From assembly GCF_009914755.1 (NCBI RefSeq), contig NC_060927.1: DNA of 64,000 nucleotides. One strand, written 5' to 3'. Below, in pieces: positions 1 through 18,680 of the stretch; the first letter of the stretch is position 1; every line of letters starts with the position of its first letter. The DNA is from the human T2T-CHM13v2.0 reference genome, Homo sapiens. Position numbers and translations under genes: made by a program. The notes under the pieces are model-generated. The model was given only the letters and a program-made list of their open reading frames with translations. It searched no databases and was not told the origin of the DNA.

Positions 1-4352
<4,352 letters not shown>

Positions 4353-4903
4353 GTAAGAATTTATTATCTCTCACGGTTTCTACGGATCAAGAATCCTGGC
4401 AGGGTTCAGCAGGATGGCTTTTCTGTATGCTACAAAGCCTGAGGCTTCCGCTAGCAGACTTGAAAGTTAGGGGCTGGAATCATCTGATATCTCATGCCCT
4501 CAAATATCTAAGCTAGGGGCTGGGATCATCTGAAGACTCATGCCCTCACATATCTGCCAGTTGTTGCTCAGGGTTAGCTGAGACCACAGCTAGAGCTAGC
4601 AGCTGGAATATGTCCATGTGGCCTCTCCATGTGGCTTGAGTCTCCTCACAACATGGTGGCTGAGTTCCAAAGACGAGTTCTGAGAGAAGCTGTATTTTTT
4701 ATGACCTAGGCTCAGAAATCACATAACACCATTTACACTGCACTCCACTGGTCAGGTCAGTCACAAACCCCCACCCAGACTAAAAGAAAGAGAACAACAG
4801 CCTTGCCGCCCTCAATGAGGGAGTGTCTGTTACACTGTAAGAAGAGCACAGGATTGGATAAATGTGCTGATGTGATCACCTTTGGAAAATACAATCTGCC
4901 ACA
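4353..4903 (-). mobile_element. MaLR LTR, MLT1G/H-like
   Basis: Reverse complement begins TGTGGCAGATTGTATTTTCCAAAG; typical MLT1 body; internal ~46-bp tandem duplication at ~4467-4555. Confidence 0.75.
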
Positions 4904-5169
4904 ACATTCTTTACAAGCACATATGAAACATAAGCAAAAATTAAACATATAGTAGGCCTGAAAGTAGTTTCAATGAATATCAAACAATAGATATCAAAGG
5001 TTTCTTATTATAATGCATTAAAGTTGGAAAAGAATTACTAAATATGATTTTTAAAATATGTTTGAAAATTACAATTTTATGACAGTTTCCCTTTGTGAAT
5101 TGGGATTAGACAAGGACCTTAACTAAATCCCACTGGATGAAGGTCCACATCTGGAGTCAAAAGAGATCA

Positions 5170-5870
5170 CTAATTTGGTTGTGGATACATTGAATTTGAA
5201 GTGCCTTAGAGACATCTAAAGGAAAATATCCAGGTAAGCAGTTGGGTAGATGGGACTGTAGCTAAGAGGGGAGGTCTGAGAGTGGTAAGTTATCTGTAAG
5301 TAGGAAGTAACTGCAGTTGTGAATATGGATGTGACTGTCCAGGGAGTCAGTATAAGTAGAAAGACAAAAGGGCCTAGGACTGATCCGTGAGCAAGTTCAA
5401 CATCTAACAGTTGTGTTGAGGAGGATGAATCCTACATAAGAGAGAGAACAGTTGCCAGAGAAGTAAAACTAAATCCTCAAGATTCACAGAAAGGTCAAGC
5501 AATATAAATACTAAAAAAAGCCCAATAGGAAGGTCATCGAGGAACTCAGCAGGAACTGTTTTGTGGACTGATGGAGGCAGAATTCAGTTTGGAGTTGGTT
5601 AAGACAGAAGTGGAAGTCATTAAACAAAGACAATGAGTAAAGACAATCCTAGATAAGCTTGGCTGTGACTGGGGAGGAAAGAGTGGCAACTAAAGGACAA
5701 AGGGCTGGAAGACGGTTTGTTTGTATAGTTTTTAAACAGAAAAAAGGCCGAGTATGTATCAAGGTAATGGAGAAGATCTATTTAAGATGCAGAGTGAGTG
5801 TAGAAGAGAAAGGGTAACCAGTACTGAAGGTTCCTGAGAAGGTTGAAAGGGACAGGTGGTAGGACTGGTT
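5170..5870 (-). mobile_element. L2 fragment
   Basis: Purine-rich L2 antisense signature (TTGTGGATACATTGAATTTGAAGTGCCT...CCAGGTAAGCAGTTGG). Confidence 0.7.
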
Positions 5871-6091
5871 TTAAACTGAGCTTTGGCCTCACCGTAATCA
5901 TATAGTGTCTTATGATAGGAACCCATGCTATTGTCTTAATGCACTACTTTATCGTGTGTTTATGTTTTCTCACCCTAATTAGAATCTAAGCTCTATAAAA
6001 TGTATGGCCTTTATTGTTCAAACCAACCCCACCTTACTCACACATTGAAAACCCCAGATTCTATCCCAGCACCCAACAGTCATTCAATAAA

Positions 6092-6437
6092 CACTCATGT
6101 GTCACTTAGTAATGGGAGTATATTCTGAGAAATGCACCCATAGGTGATTTTGTCATTGTGCAAACATCACTGCATGTACTTACACAAACCTAGAAAGTGT
6201 AGCCCACTATACACTTATCCTATATGGTATAGCCTATTGCTCCTAGGTTACAGACCTGTAAAGCATGTTACTGTCCTAAATGCTGTAAGTAATTATAACA
6301 CGATGATAAGTATTTGTGTATCTAAACATCTAAACATATAAAAGGTATGGTAAAAATATAGTATTATAATATTATGGAACCATGGTCCTATTTGCAGTCC
6401 ATCATTGACTGAAATGACATTATGTGGCACACAACCA
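6092..6437 (+). mobile_element. Tigger3a/MER7A non-autonomous DNA transposon nested in an L2 3' end
   Basis: Homologous to the copy at 53515-53861; splits the L2 tail CATTCAATAAA...TACTTGTTGAAT. Confidence 0.85.
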
Positions 6438-6505
6438 TACTTGTTGAATAAACTAATACAAGCAGATTCTATCATCTTTGTGTACATCTTTGTGTAAATC
6501 TAAAA

Positions 6506-6506
<1 letters not shown>

Positions 6507-6544
<38 letters not shown>

Positions 6545-6550
6545 TGTGTG
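6507..6550. repeat. (TG)17 microsatellite with interrupted extension
   Basis: Direct reading. Confidence 0.97.
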
Positions 6551-9500
6551 TCCTGGCTATCCAAAATGCGAGCAAGTCAGAACCCAAAAGTTCTTGTTCC
6601 AGAGTATAGATATCTAGACAATAGTCAGGAATAGCCACTCAAATTAGCCCTCTCTTTCCCATGTTTTCCTTGACCTAAAAATCCAAGGATCTAAACTACA
6701 GGCCATGAAAACATTTTCACCTACAGTTACAATATTATACCACTTCCCACTTTCCTCATGCCTAATTCGTCCATATTTTGTTCTAGAGCAGACAAACTCT
6801 GTATCCTTCATTTGACCTCCTGCAAGACATAAATTAAATTTAAATGAATCCAAATACTTTGGGCTTCAGTTCTCCTAAAAGAAATAAACATGGAAGTAGA
6901 GCAGTACAGGCCAGTAACACACTGATTTATCTTGCTGATTTTTCAGAGGATAGCCCTCCAAAAAATCTTTACAAACCTCAAGCCTCTCAATCCATGGATC
7001 CAAACCCCAGCTCCCTTAAAAATAGGTCTGAATTTAAACAAATATCTTTCCGAAATATAGAAACCTGCTTTGATGGTGACTCATCTTATCCCAGTAGAAA
7101 CCTTTCTCTGGGTACCATCCAACTGCACCATTCTTAAGGCAACATTACCTGGAACTGAGGGATTTGCCTCTATTGTTGCATTCTGCAGCCCTCACCTGAC
7201 TTAACTGCCACGTTAAGGAATTGGTTATTGACCTTTAAGTCTTTAACAATTATTTACATACCTAGGAAAGAGTCTGTGCATTCAGGTACAAGAATGAAGA
7301 CACCGAATAAATTCAGCCCTCGTTTTCATTTTTATGCTACGTTCAGTGAGCTGTTACTGCAGACAAATTATTGCAGCATTCTTTCAAATGATAGCCAATT
7401 TTCAACTAAGAGAAGATTCTTAAACCCCTTTCTAAAACCTTTTCCTGCATATCGGTGAAAACCAGGCAGTTGGAAAACACAGCCCTGGTTAAACCACATA
7501 ATAATAAATTAATACTTTAAACACATGGAATTATTTAAGAATCTGCATAATAATTTAAACCCTCATAAGACATAGCAGCAAAGGCCCCAAAAACCTAACA
7601 CTTCTCAGATATATTCCTAGAAGTTTTATTTCAATTTATATGTATGCATTTCTTACAGAATATTTTCAGAATTTCTGAAACTCAGATACATTTAGAGTCC
7701 AGGGAGGTGACCAGAATAATTCTTACTTTTGTTATTTACCTGGGGAGCTAATCAATATTGTTAAAATGTAGGTGAAAGTCTTTCTATTTGACCATAAGTT
7801 CAGCAATAATACGGACCACATCTGTCTTGTTCTATATTAAATCTACATCTTCTAGAACACTGTCTGGCACATATACTCCGTAAAATTTCTTTAATAAAAG
7901 AATATTATAAGTTTTCACTATTACTAGGAATGAAAATTGATTGCAAATTATTAAGGAAAGGTTAGTTTTGAGTTTTGTTCTTGGTTTTCATTCATTCTCT
8001 TAATTTGTACCCCATGCTTTCACAAAACAATAAGTTATCTCTCTACTGAAGCCTACCCTTCTATGGCCTGAGACACATACACACAACACGACATGCCCTT
8101 GCCACATCTATTCAATGCTGTCATATTTGCCATGCATCAGAAAAATAAATTTACCAAGTAGCAGAAGCTCTGGAAAATCATTAGGTGACATCTGAGGAGC
8201 AGAATACCAATCAGCCAATAATTAGCATCTGAAAATTCATAGAGTCACAGACAAATCAAATTCCATGAAATCTCAGGGAGCTTGGCTCCCTGACCCTGGC
8301 TGGGTTGGTGCCCAGGCAATGGGTAAGCAGTAAATTGTGCCACCCCAACAGGACTGGAAGGTGCCATGGCTAGTCTAACCCCAGGGGGAGACATTCTGAC
8401 AATGTGGCATTTGCACAGGGATGCCCTAACATGGCCCCAGTATGTTTTCTCAGAACGGGATGACATTTTAAGTCAAATAGCTCTGTTCCCAATAGCACAG
8501 GTCCTCTCCCAAACTCTAATAGCCTGAATTTGAGAAAAAGAGGTTCATCTTGGGGAGAAACTGATGTTTTGCAGATGCAATATTAAAACAATCCATTTAT
8601 AAGGAAGGCAAAACCAGATATTCAGTGTTTAACTTCATTTATTACCTTTCCATCATTACATAGACCTCAGATAGCCTTAGACTTAAAAAGTCATTCACAT
8701 TTAAGCAAAACTCTGTTCCTGGAGCATCTACACTGGATACTTTTCAATGAATGCTGAAACTGGTTATAAAGTTGTGCTACCAAGAGGCATGAAGAGTGAC
8801 TGTCAGTACCTTACCAAACCCCTGCTGACTGGAACATGCAAGTCAGTCCAAGGATGCAGGGCCACCACTGTTACTGCTGCCTCCAGCCTAACTAAGGTCA
8901 CCTTTCCTGCATGCCTGCCTCATTCTAAAGGAAGAAAACAGAGAGGTTGGAGAATACCAGCTCCCCATTTGGTTTCTACAGTTGCCAACTCTACCCACAT
9001 GTGACTTGGGGAAAGCACCCTTAAGAAGAGTGGGGTCCAACGTCCAACCAGACTGACCCAGCCTTGGGGGTAAACATTCCACCTCCACCACGTGGCCTGT
9101 GTGCACCTGATTTGAATCTGCTCCTACCCTGAGCCAAGGGTGACCATTCTGCCAGGTCCCCACTCCACTGCAGGGTCAGGCAGCAGCCTCTGCTCCTGGC
9201 TCCTGGCCCAGTGCTCGGATGGCCCAGCAACGTCACTGCGGAGAGGGAGTCTGGTTGTGCCCTCCTCTGAACTCTCCATCTGGAAGACTCTCTAGTCTCC
9301 TTCCCTCTCATTTTTAATCTGACAGACACTGCGGACAGGGAAACTCAGAGCAGACCAAAGTTCATCTTCCCTTTCCTGCTTCATGGCTGGCATAATCACA
9401 GGGGCAGAACAAGGTTGGCATGGACCAGGATGCCAGGAATTAAATGAGGGTCCCTGACCACTGGAACACATTAGTCCTGCCTTCCAAAGTCTTAATTAGT

Positions 9501-11566
9501 CTTCCTGTGCCTGGCACACCTACCACCAGGGAGGTGGCCGGGTAAGGTGCCATGCTCACAGCAAGTATTCAACAAAATATTGGTAGAGAATGGCGGTCAC
9601 AAATGCCTGCTGGCTCATGGCTTTGCAACAACAGTCAGCTCTGAGGTCTGGGCACCAGCGGCAAGATTTCTGCTCTCTTTACTAATGCAGACAGTTCTAG
9701 CAGCGTTATTCTGAGTGATATTCAGCCACCAGCTCAATTTGGAAGCAAAATGATCTTAACAAACAGTGGCAGACTTGATAGACAGGCTGCTGAGCCTGGG
9801 GACCAAAACAAAGGATGAAAAGAAAAAGAAAGGAAGGGTTGATGACAAGACGAGGAGTGGGAAATGAATACTGCAAAGAAAAATGAGGAGGATTACAGTA
9901 CTAGATACTTCAGTCCGGCAACTCTGAAATGAGCTGTGAACATAACAACAGACTCAAGGGTGGAAACAATGGGGGGAATCAAGGCAACGGAACAGGGCAG
10001 CATCTGTCACGAATTTTGATGCTGGGACAGACTTAGCGCTAGCAGTGGAATAGATTTGATAGTAAGTAATATTTGAGAGGTTTCAAAAGACAATGGGTCT
10101 TAATTCTGTCCTGTTTTGCACCTCTTGAACTACAGTGACATACCAAAATTTGCTATTTTTCTAAGAGGACATTGACAGATACAATGAAAATTGTGAATAC
10201 ATTTTTTCCTTCTGCATTCATTATCTCTGGCCCTTATCCACAGGCCTATTGCAGACTAAATTGGATTTTGGATCACTGGTACTGAGGTGCTGCAATTAAT
10301 TAACAATAGAAACATAATATTTATATCCAGGCCTAACAACATCTGACATTTAAACTATTCTGCCAGTCGGACAAATTCCATTCGACAAATTTTCATTTTA
10401 ATGAACATGACAGACCACAGTTTGCATGATAGGCCAAGCAGCAGAACAGAGTTGACCTCTTGGCATGTGTTTTCAAGGACTGACCATGCTCCAGAAGAAA
10501 CAATCTGAGAAACTGTCAGAATAACAGAAAGACCAGATCCCCAGTTCCACCCAGACAGACCAAATACATACCACCCTCATGTCCCCCAGCACAGATCCTA
10601 GTATGAAACTGTCCTCATTTCATGTGCGAGCTCAAAGTTAAATACTTACTGCCCCTTGTAATCCACTGGATAATTTTTCTATCTTTGGGTTGCTGACATT
10701 TTCTTTGGGGTACTGAAGTCCCTTAGCCCTTCCTAATTAAAAAGTGATAAACATTTTTGCAAGGCATCCAATAATGTGCAAAGTACACAAGAGTTGGAAC
10801 TGATGCAGCTTTTTCAGTTGGCACAAAACTGGCCTTCCACATTTTGCCAGATGGTGTATCTCAGTAAGTCCCCAATCCCTGACTCGAGTGAGGGGCATTG
10901 TCAATATGATGCTGAAGCAGAGACTATCTTTAAATGCTATCTTATTTTGCATTATACTAACACGATGGGTCTAACACTTATTCTTGCTGAAACTTTCACA
11001 GCTAAAGAAGTTTTCATTCTTCTGTGACTCATTATTCAAGCCAACAGAATATGATACAGATAAGGGGAAAAATTCTGCCCCTCTTAAGAACCATATAAAT
11101 TTGCTGGAAACCAATGTCAGAGAGCAGATCTCCCAGCAAGACTTCCCATTGCTCCTCTATGGGTTACTGGTCCAAAGCACACTGGGTGAAATAGTATGTA
11201 TTTACCCAAGCCCATCTCTACTACCCCAAAAACGTGGATGTCAAGGATAGAGATAAAGATGAAAAATGCAAAGACAGCAAGGCAGATAGAAGCTTAATAG
11301 ATCTGGGAAATAAGTAAGGTCAGTGAAAAACAATATATTGTAGCTGGGATCCCTAAGGGCCGTATAGTTCTAGTTCACATATCTACAACATTCCTTATTC
11401 TAGTTTTTATGTCAATTCAAAAGAACTGAAATAAAATTCCACTTTAAAAGTAATACTTCTTTGGAGTAGGGATTTGGTTCATGGGTTCCAATCTCAGCAA
11501 CTGAAATGACTACCTACATGGTAATTTGTTTTCAAGCTGTGGCTCTGACTAGACCCAAAATGGTAA

Positions 11567-11923
<357 letters not shown>

Positions 11924-12059
11924 TAAGCACTGAAAGGATGACAGCATTTCCACCAGTGTAACCTAATTTAGAATCAATAATGTGTCACTCAAATCGGCAG
12001 CATGTACATATATACATACAGTGTGGATGGACACACACACACACATATATATATACATA

Positions 12060-12290
12060 CATTAATTATAGTAATAGCCACATGTTTGAGGTTTTTACAT
12101 GCATCTTCTCTTATATAACACCATGAGATAAGTACTATTATGAACTCTGTAACACACTGAGGAAAGGGCAGTTACAGTTCACTGACCTCCTTAAGAGGTA
12201 AAGTCAAGGTCACAGGCATGTAAGCGGCAGAGTTTAAGTGCAAATCCAAGTCTGCCCTTCCTCCAGAGCCTGTGCTCTACACAACACAGT
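12060..12290 (-). mobile_element. MIR
   Basis: GAGATAAGTACTATTAT...ACTGAGG...AAGGTCACA...AAATCCAAGTCTG. Confidence 0.6.
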
Positions 12291-13994
12291 GGCATATGAC
12301 AGCATCCGCAAGGGAAACAGCATGAAGGAATTGATTCCTTTTGGCAACAGTCAAAATATCTTTTAAATATCAGGTATAAAACATTTTCAGACCACCAGAT
12401 GCTTATTCAATTTTGAAAAATCAATTTTTATGGAGTTGCTATGAGTAGTTTCATGTTTGTTAATGCCTGGTTATATTCTTGAAAAAGTAGCGGCCTCATA
12501 GAGAAAAATATATATATTTTTTTGAAAGTTGGGAAGAAAAATGAGACCTTAACTGGATTAAATTGAAAATATTTGACAGAACACAAATGAATAGAATCTG
12601 TAACTTTAACATGCCTTTGCAGGAGGCATGTTCTAAAATGGTCATACCAAATTCAGAACACAATAGACTTAACATGCTTCTTGTTGTAAACAAAGGCATT
12701 GGGTTAAATGAAAGTTCCATCAAAGCTTAATAACCAATTCAAGTGAACACAAAGTTAAGCGTTATATACTTTCTGCGGTTTCAGTAATAGCTAATCTAAT
12801 AATGGTAAATGGAGGGTTATTGTTGATTCCTTTGCCTGTTTCATAAATTAGATAAAGCAACGTGGAAGTTAGAGTACTTTAGAGTTTTATTGGACTAAGT
12901 GATTTTAAAGCTATCTCAAAATATAACGAAGTCATGACTTGAATGACTGCTGAGTTGTAGCTTGTTTTCCATCACCATGTTAGTACTTTTCACCAGTGTT
13001 AAATAAAAAGCTTCCTGTTAACTAAAACAATTCTATAAATACAATGTCTATCTACAGAACCAAACCATTTAAGGTAAAGTGTCATTGATACAGTATGATC
13101 TGATATTCTATTTCACCAGGGCCAAGCTTATAAAATATTAACTATAAGAGCAGTCAAGTGTTATTTATTTCTTCTGATACAAAACTCAGGAACAGTAGAA
13201 TTTCTCTGCTTAATGATTTTCCATAGCACATTTCCAATTTTCTACTACAGTTTATTGATCTGGAATACTAAAACAGTTTTCTTCCCTGTCTAAAGAACAC
13301 AAAAAGCCCTGTGCCCCTAGTCCCATGGGATGTGCCTCCAAAGATAACAGTCGTGGCATCTCATCAGGCGCTGAGGGGTGGTAATGAGAAGCAAGGCATT
13401 TTCCTTACTGAAAGAAGGTGCTAGTCAAATCTCAGGCCTTTTGATAACGGGAAACACTTCCCAAGCCTTTGCATTTGGAGATGAGGCTCCACACCTGCAG
13501 TTCTGAGAGCAGATGAGTTGCCCTTCACAAAGGCAGTCTATTTTCCTGCATTTCCCCTTCATGCCCTGATATGGTTACTTTCAATTACCCTGATAGTCCA
13601 GGAAGAAAAATATCCCTCTCTCCATATTTCATTCACATAATAAGAATCTGCAAGCTGTTCTGTATGACAGATGAGGACTGTGTGCTGAAGCAACTTGTTC
13701 CGCCTGTCAGCCTCCGAGAACCCACAGCAATGAGATACAATCGTGATGACATTACTAGAGAAGAAGTGGGTCAAATACATGGTCACTTTAAAACAGAATG
13801 TCAACCATTCTTTCTACTTCAGTAATTTGATGCAGTGGTACTCAAAACACAGACAGAGAGAGAGAAAAGGAAAGAGAGAGAGAAAGAGAAAAAAGTTCAC
13901 CACTATTAGTTTAGTGTCCATACATACACAAATGCAAATGCAAATAATTGTTAAAATTACTGTTCCCATATACCCTTACATGACTTTTTTCATC

Positions 13995-14320
13995 CTCCAG
14001 CCAATTAGTCAAGAAATGTTTAGTAAGCATGTGGTATGAGCCAGACACTGAAATGGGTAGAATGCTGAAAACAGACACAGCCCCTGCCCTCTTAGAGTTT
14101 ACAGTCTAGGATAAAGGACAAAGATTAACAAGCAATTGAGATTAATGTAATGAAGCCTGAAAAAAAACGAAGTAGAAGGTACTAAAAGAGCTTACAATAT
14201 AAGAACTAACCAAGTCTTTCAGGTCAGTAAAGGTTTCTCTGAGGAAGAGACATTTAAGTTAAGGTCAGAAGTATTAGAGCAGCCAGATAAGAGGTGAGAG
14301 AGAAGAGTGACAAGTGGAGG
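13995..14320 (-). mobile_element. L2 3' end fragment
   Basis: AAATGTTTAGTAAGCA...GCCAGACACTG...CCCTGCCCTCTTAGAGTTTACAGTCTAG. Confidence 0.7.
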
Positions 14321-15267
14321 ACTTTTCTCCTCAGAATGTTTCCTTTCAAAGAAACCATTAAGACAAAGGCCTCAGGACACAGTAGAAGATATAATGGAGT
14401 AAATGACGCCATCAAGTCTACCATTGGGACTTATTGTCTTTCCTTATTTCAATCCCTAGTTTAGAAAATTAATTTTTAAAAAAAATTTTTAAACATTAGT
14501 ATACCTCTGTCCTATCTTGCCACATAAGGGCAAAAGTTAATCATAATCACATTTTCTTGCTGATCTAAATATTAAGGTAGATTTTACTTTAAAAAATCTA
14601 ATTTATCTTGACTGTACTGGTTAAAATCCATGGGTTATTTTTAAAAATATGTTTTGACAGCAGTGAAACTTGCAGCACATACAATACCAAGAGCATAAAT
14701 TTGTTCAGGGTATAAGTACATGAAAATTAATATAAGCAGTTGGTAAATGTGACTTATAAAAAAAAAGACTGTACCAACTACATGCCACAATGGGTGGAAA
14801 TAAAGAAGAAAAAGGTTCTTTTTCTCTAATATTTGGTCATGAAAATTCTGATTTGTTCTTGCAGAAAATTGTTTTTGGATCATTATTCATCTCTCTTACA
14901 GCATAGAACTTTTTTCCATGGGATCAACAAATTGGAATGGAGAGGAAAAACCGGATATATTCATGAGTATGTTTGCCCTTTCTACTAAAGCCCGAGTGTG
15001 ATGTTCGGATTATTTTCTTTCCAAACTCAAAATCCATTCCCAGAATCCAAAATCAATAAAAATGGTACTAGCAAAACTGAGGGTTGAATTTGGCCTAAAA
15101 ACTCAATGACTAAGTAGAGCTACTAATATGAGGAGAGGTTTTTAAAAAAATGTCTGTAGTTATTAATCACCAGCAATGACTTTAGCAGCTGCTCTAAAGT
15201 AAACACAATCTACAGCTACTTTAAAGCAATACAGTGTAAAAACCATGAGAATTAACATTCTACTGGG

Positions 15268-15831
15268 TGAAAGGTGGCAGAATATGCCACCCCAAAATAT
15301 ACCACATTGGCATAAGAATTATTTTCAAGCTAAAGGCACTTATAAAAAAATAATTTAAAAAAAAAAACAGCAGGTGCAAGAAGGGTTTTCTGACCCTCTT
15401 CTTTTTCTTCATAAAAGCAAGAGCTAAAATCCCTGTATGGAAAATATTCTCCTGACACCAGAAGGAAAGTAACATTCTTATCATCAAGGGCGGGATACTG
15501 AGACCAAGAGAACTCTGTACAAACAAACCTTATTAAACTAGCTCTTATTTTCCTCGTCACCTCTCCACCCAGTTAAATATCCTGGCCCAAGGCCCTTTGC
15601 CTTGTCACATCTTCACAATTTACTACTCTTTATCCAATTCCATATATAAGTGTTCAATTCTAACTTCATCTTTGGGTCTTCATTTCCTTATGAGGGCTCC
15701 CATGTCACAAAAAAACTTACATTAAATAAATTTGTATGCTTTTCTTCTATTAATCTGCCTTGTATCAATTTAATTTTTAAGCCCAGCCAAAAACCCTAAG
15801 AAGGTAGGGGTGAAATTTTGCTTCCCCTACA
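15268..15831 (+). mobile_element. ERV1 solo LTR, MER39/MER34 family
   Basis: TG...CA ends; CAGAATATGCCACCCCAAAATAT...GGCATAAG start; AATAAA; ends CTTCCCCTACA; homologous to the copies at 29366 and 31651. Confidence 0.85.
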
Positions 15832-15839
15832 TCTGTTAC

Positions 15840-16020
15840 TTAGGTCTTATCTAGAGTTCAACCTGAAAGGCATATTTTAGGAGGAATATTGGCCAAACTG
15901 GAAAATATCTCCAAGAGGACAACTAGAATGGTGAGAGGTTCTGAACTTCACATAAGAAACCTGGGGATGTTCAGCCTGGAGAAAAGCAATGGGAGACAGC
16001 AAAACTACCTTCATACATTC
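15840..16020 (+). mobile_element. L3/CR1 fragment
   Basis: CAAACTGGAA...CCAAGAGGACAACTAGAATGGTGAGAGG...CTGGGGATGTTCAGCCTGGAGAAAAG. Confidence 0.65.
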
Positions 16021-16234
16021 GATGGGTCATTCATCAATAAGGCCATTCCGTTTTACTGAGCACTTCCTCTATACAAGGTACCATGCAAGGCAAAGGAGAT
16101 ACAGCACTGAGAGAGAAAGCCAGTCTTTTCTTACCATGCGGAAGGGAAAATGGATTTTCTCCATGTCACTTCACAAGATACTGTAGAGTAGAGCAGAGCA
16201 CAGATTTTGGAATCAGAGCACTAGAGTAAAAACC

Positions 16235-16692
16235 TGTACTGGGTTGAATGCCATTCCCCACCCCTCCAATATGTCTGTGTCAAATCCCTGGAGCCTGCAA
16301 ATATTACTTTATTAGAAAAAAAAGTCTTTGCAAATATAATTAAGAATCTTGAGATGAGATCATACTGGATTGTCTGGGTGAGCTCTAAATATAATGATCA
16401 GTGTTCTTACAAAAGAAAGGCAGATGCAGACAGACAGAAAAGAAGAAGATATAGAAGAGAAGGCCAAATGAAGCAAACAGTTATGTGGGTGCAAGCCAAA
16501 GAATGCTTGGGGCCACCAGAAGCTAGAAGAGGCAAGGAAGTTTTCTCCCCTAGAGCCTGTTGAGGGAGCATGGCCCTGCCAACACCTTGATTTTGGACTT
16601 CTGGCTTCCAGGACTGTGAGGAAATAAATTTCTGTTGTTTTAAGCCACCAAATTTGTAGCAATTGGTTACAATAGCTCTAGAAAACTAATAT
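16235..16692 (+). mobile_element. MaLR LTR, MLT1C/D-like
   Basis: GCCACCAGAAGCTAGAAGAGGCAAGGAA...CCCTGCCAACACCTTGATTTTGGACTTCTGG...TTTAAGCCACC. Confidence 0.85.
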
Positions 16693-17329
16693 AACTCCCA
16701 ATTACTTAGCTAGCTGTAGTACCTTACTAGCTGTGTTACCCATTGCTAATAACTCTAGCCCTCTGAGAACCAGGCCCTCATTAGGAAACTGGAGACAATA
16801 GAAATACTCATCTCACAGGTCAGAGATTAAGGAGGTATGTCAAACGTGCAGCACAGGGCCTAGAACAAAGTAAGTTTTCAGTACATAATAGTGTTATTAT
16901 TAATGGATTCAGATTTACTGGGAAGCTTGTGTAGACCTTAGAACAATATATCAACAGGTGTAATAACAGCTAATTTATGCAGTAGGGCTCTCTCTACTGG
17001 TAAATATATGTAGAGACCAGATAAATCATTTTCCAGAAATACTGGAAAAGGGATGTTTATATTGTTTGGGAGGCTGGAATAAACATCCACTAGCCTTCCT
17101 TCTAGATCAACCCAGTAACCATTTCTCCTTGGTGCATCAGGTCAAGATCCTTAGGCAGGTTAACCCAGTAAGGGAAGTGAGGTATACACAGGGTTTGGCT
17201 GCTACCTTAAAAAGTCCCTTCCCCTCGCTGTACCTTGTTGTCTTTAGCTATAAAATAAGCATATTCTGATCATGTCTTAGTATTTCCAACTTGAAAATGC
17301 CAAGACACAATGAGAAAGACTTGGATCAA

Positions 17330-17755
17330 TGAGATAGTTTGGGTATTTGTCCCCCCAAATCTCATGTTGAATTATAATTCCCAGTGTCAGAGGTGGAGCC
17401 TAGTGAGAGGTAATTGGATGATGGGGGTGGATTTTTCATGAATGGTTTAGCACTATCCTCTTGGTGCTGTCCTCATAATAGTGAGTGAGTTCTTGTGAGA
17501 TCTGGTTGTGCAAAGGTGTATGGCACCTCCCCTTACTATCCTCTTGCTCCTGCTTTTGCCATATGACATGCCTGCTCCCATTTTGTCTTCTGCCATGAGT
17601 AAAAGCTCCCTGAAGCCTCCCCCAAAATGGAGCAGATGCCAGCACCATGCTTGTACAGCCTGAAGATCTGTGAGCCAATTAAATCTCTATTTTTTTAATA
17701 AATTACTGAGTCTCCTGTATTTCTTTATAGCAATGCAAGAATGGCCTAATATCAT
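17330..17755 (+). mobile_element. MaLR LTR, MSTA/MSTB-like
   Basis: CAAATCTCATGTTGAATTATAATTCCCAGTGT...TATTTCTTTATAGCAATGCAAGAATGGCCTAAT. Confidence 0.85.
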
Positions 17756-18176
17756 CACACACTTAAATTTTCTGATTCTCAGAAATGAAGCAATTAGACT
17801 AGAGTAAGGATTGCTAAGGACCAGTTGACAAACCAGGACCAAACCATAATATTGTTTTTAACCAGTACCTAGCAAAATGAGAAAAATTTAAAAAATAATA
17901 ATTTTTTAAATGTCTTTGCTTGGCAGAATTAAAAGTTAGCAATCCTATGTCAGCTCCCATCCTATCTCACTTCCTAATTCAAAAATTATGTTTACAGCCT
18001 CTGAAATTCTAAAGTTTTGGAACTGGTATATCACAGAACAATCTATTAAATTTGATTCCTACACTAATATTCTGTGATTTTTTTAAAGGACATTTCAGAA
18101 CTGTGGATTCTATCACTGACGTGTTCAAGTTCAAGAATAAGAAGTCATCCTTTTAGAATTTAAAAATACTCACTGG

Positions 18177-18375
18177 TAAAATCATATAGAACTAAATGTT
18201 CACAACAGTAAAATGGAAAAATCTAAATAAAATGAGTCGCTAGTAAATATGATGCTATAGTTTTACAAAATGTTATCATGAAGAGAAATTGGGTAACGCA
18301 TAGGCATGAATCTCTCTATACTAGTTCTTACAACTGCATGTGAATCTAGAACTATCTAAATAAAAATTTCAGTTA
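18177..18375 (+). mobile_element. L1MC-like 3' end fragment with 15-bp TSD
   Basis: TTCTTACAACTGCATGTGAATCTA...AATAAAAA; AAAAATACTCACTGG at 18162-18176 and 18376-18390. Confidence 0.75.
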
Positions 18376-18389
18376 AAAAATACTCACTG

Positions 18390-18680
18390 GGTTGTGTGCA
18401 ATGGCTCATGCCTGAAACCCCATTTTGGAAGGCCAAGGTGGGAGGATCCCTTGAGTCCAGGCATTTGAAACCAGCCTGGACAACATAATAAGACCCCATT
18501 TCTACAAAAAGTTTAAAAAAAATTGCTAGGTGTGGTGGTGGGCACCTATGGTTCCAGCTACTCGGGAGGCTGAGGTGAAAGGACCTCTTGAGTCCAGAAG
18601 TTCAAGGTGGAGCCATGATCATGCCACTGCATTCCAGCCTGGGCAAAAGAGTGAGTCTCGGTCTCTTACGGAAAAAAAAA
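18390..18680 (+). mobile_element. AluJ
   Basis: Dimeric Alu with J-type GGAGGATCCCTTGAG; third TSD copy at 18681-18695. Confidence 0.93.

Noticed and set aside
9520-9542. CTCF-like CCACCAGGGAGGTGGC
   Set aside because: The 3' half departs from the core consensus; cannot be supported without ChIP data
13559-13900. Overlapping ORFs and a long minus-strand pyrimidine tract suggesting a coding exon
   Set aside because: The tract is a GA-rich simple repeat ending in a weak GAG acceptor; the peptides resemble nothing I recognise, and FHIT coding exons lie far downstream
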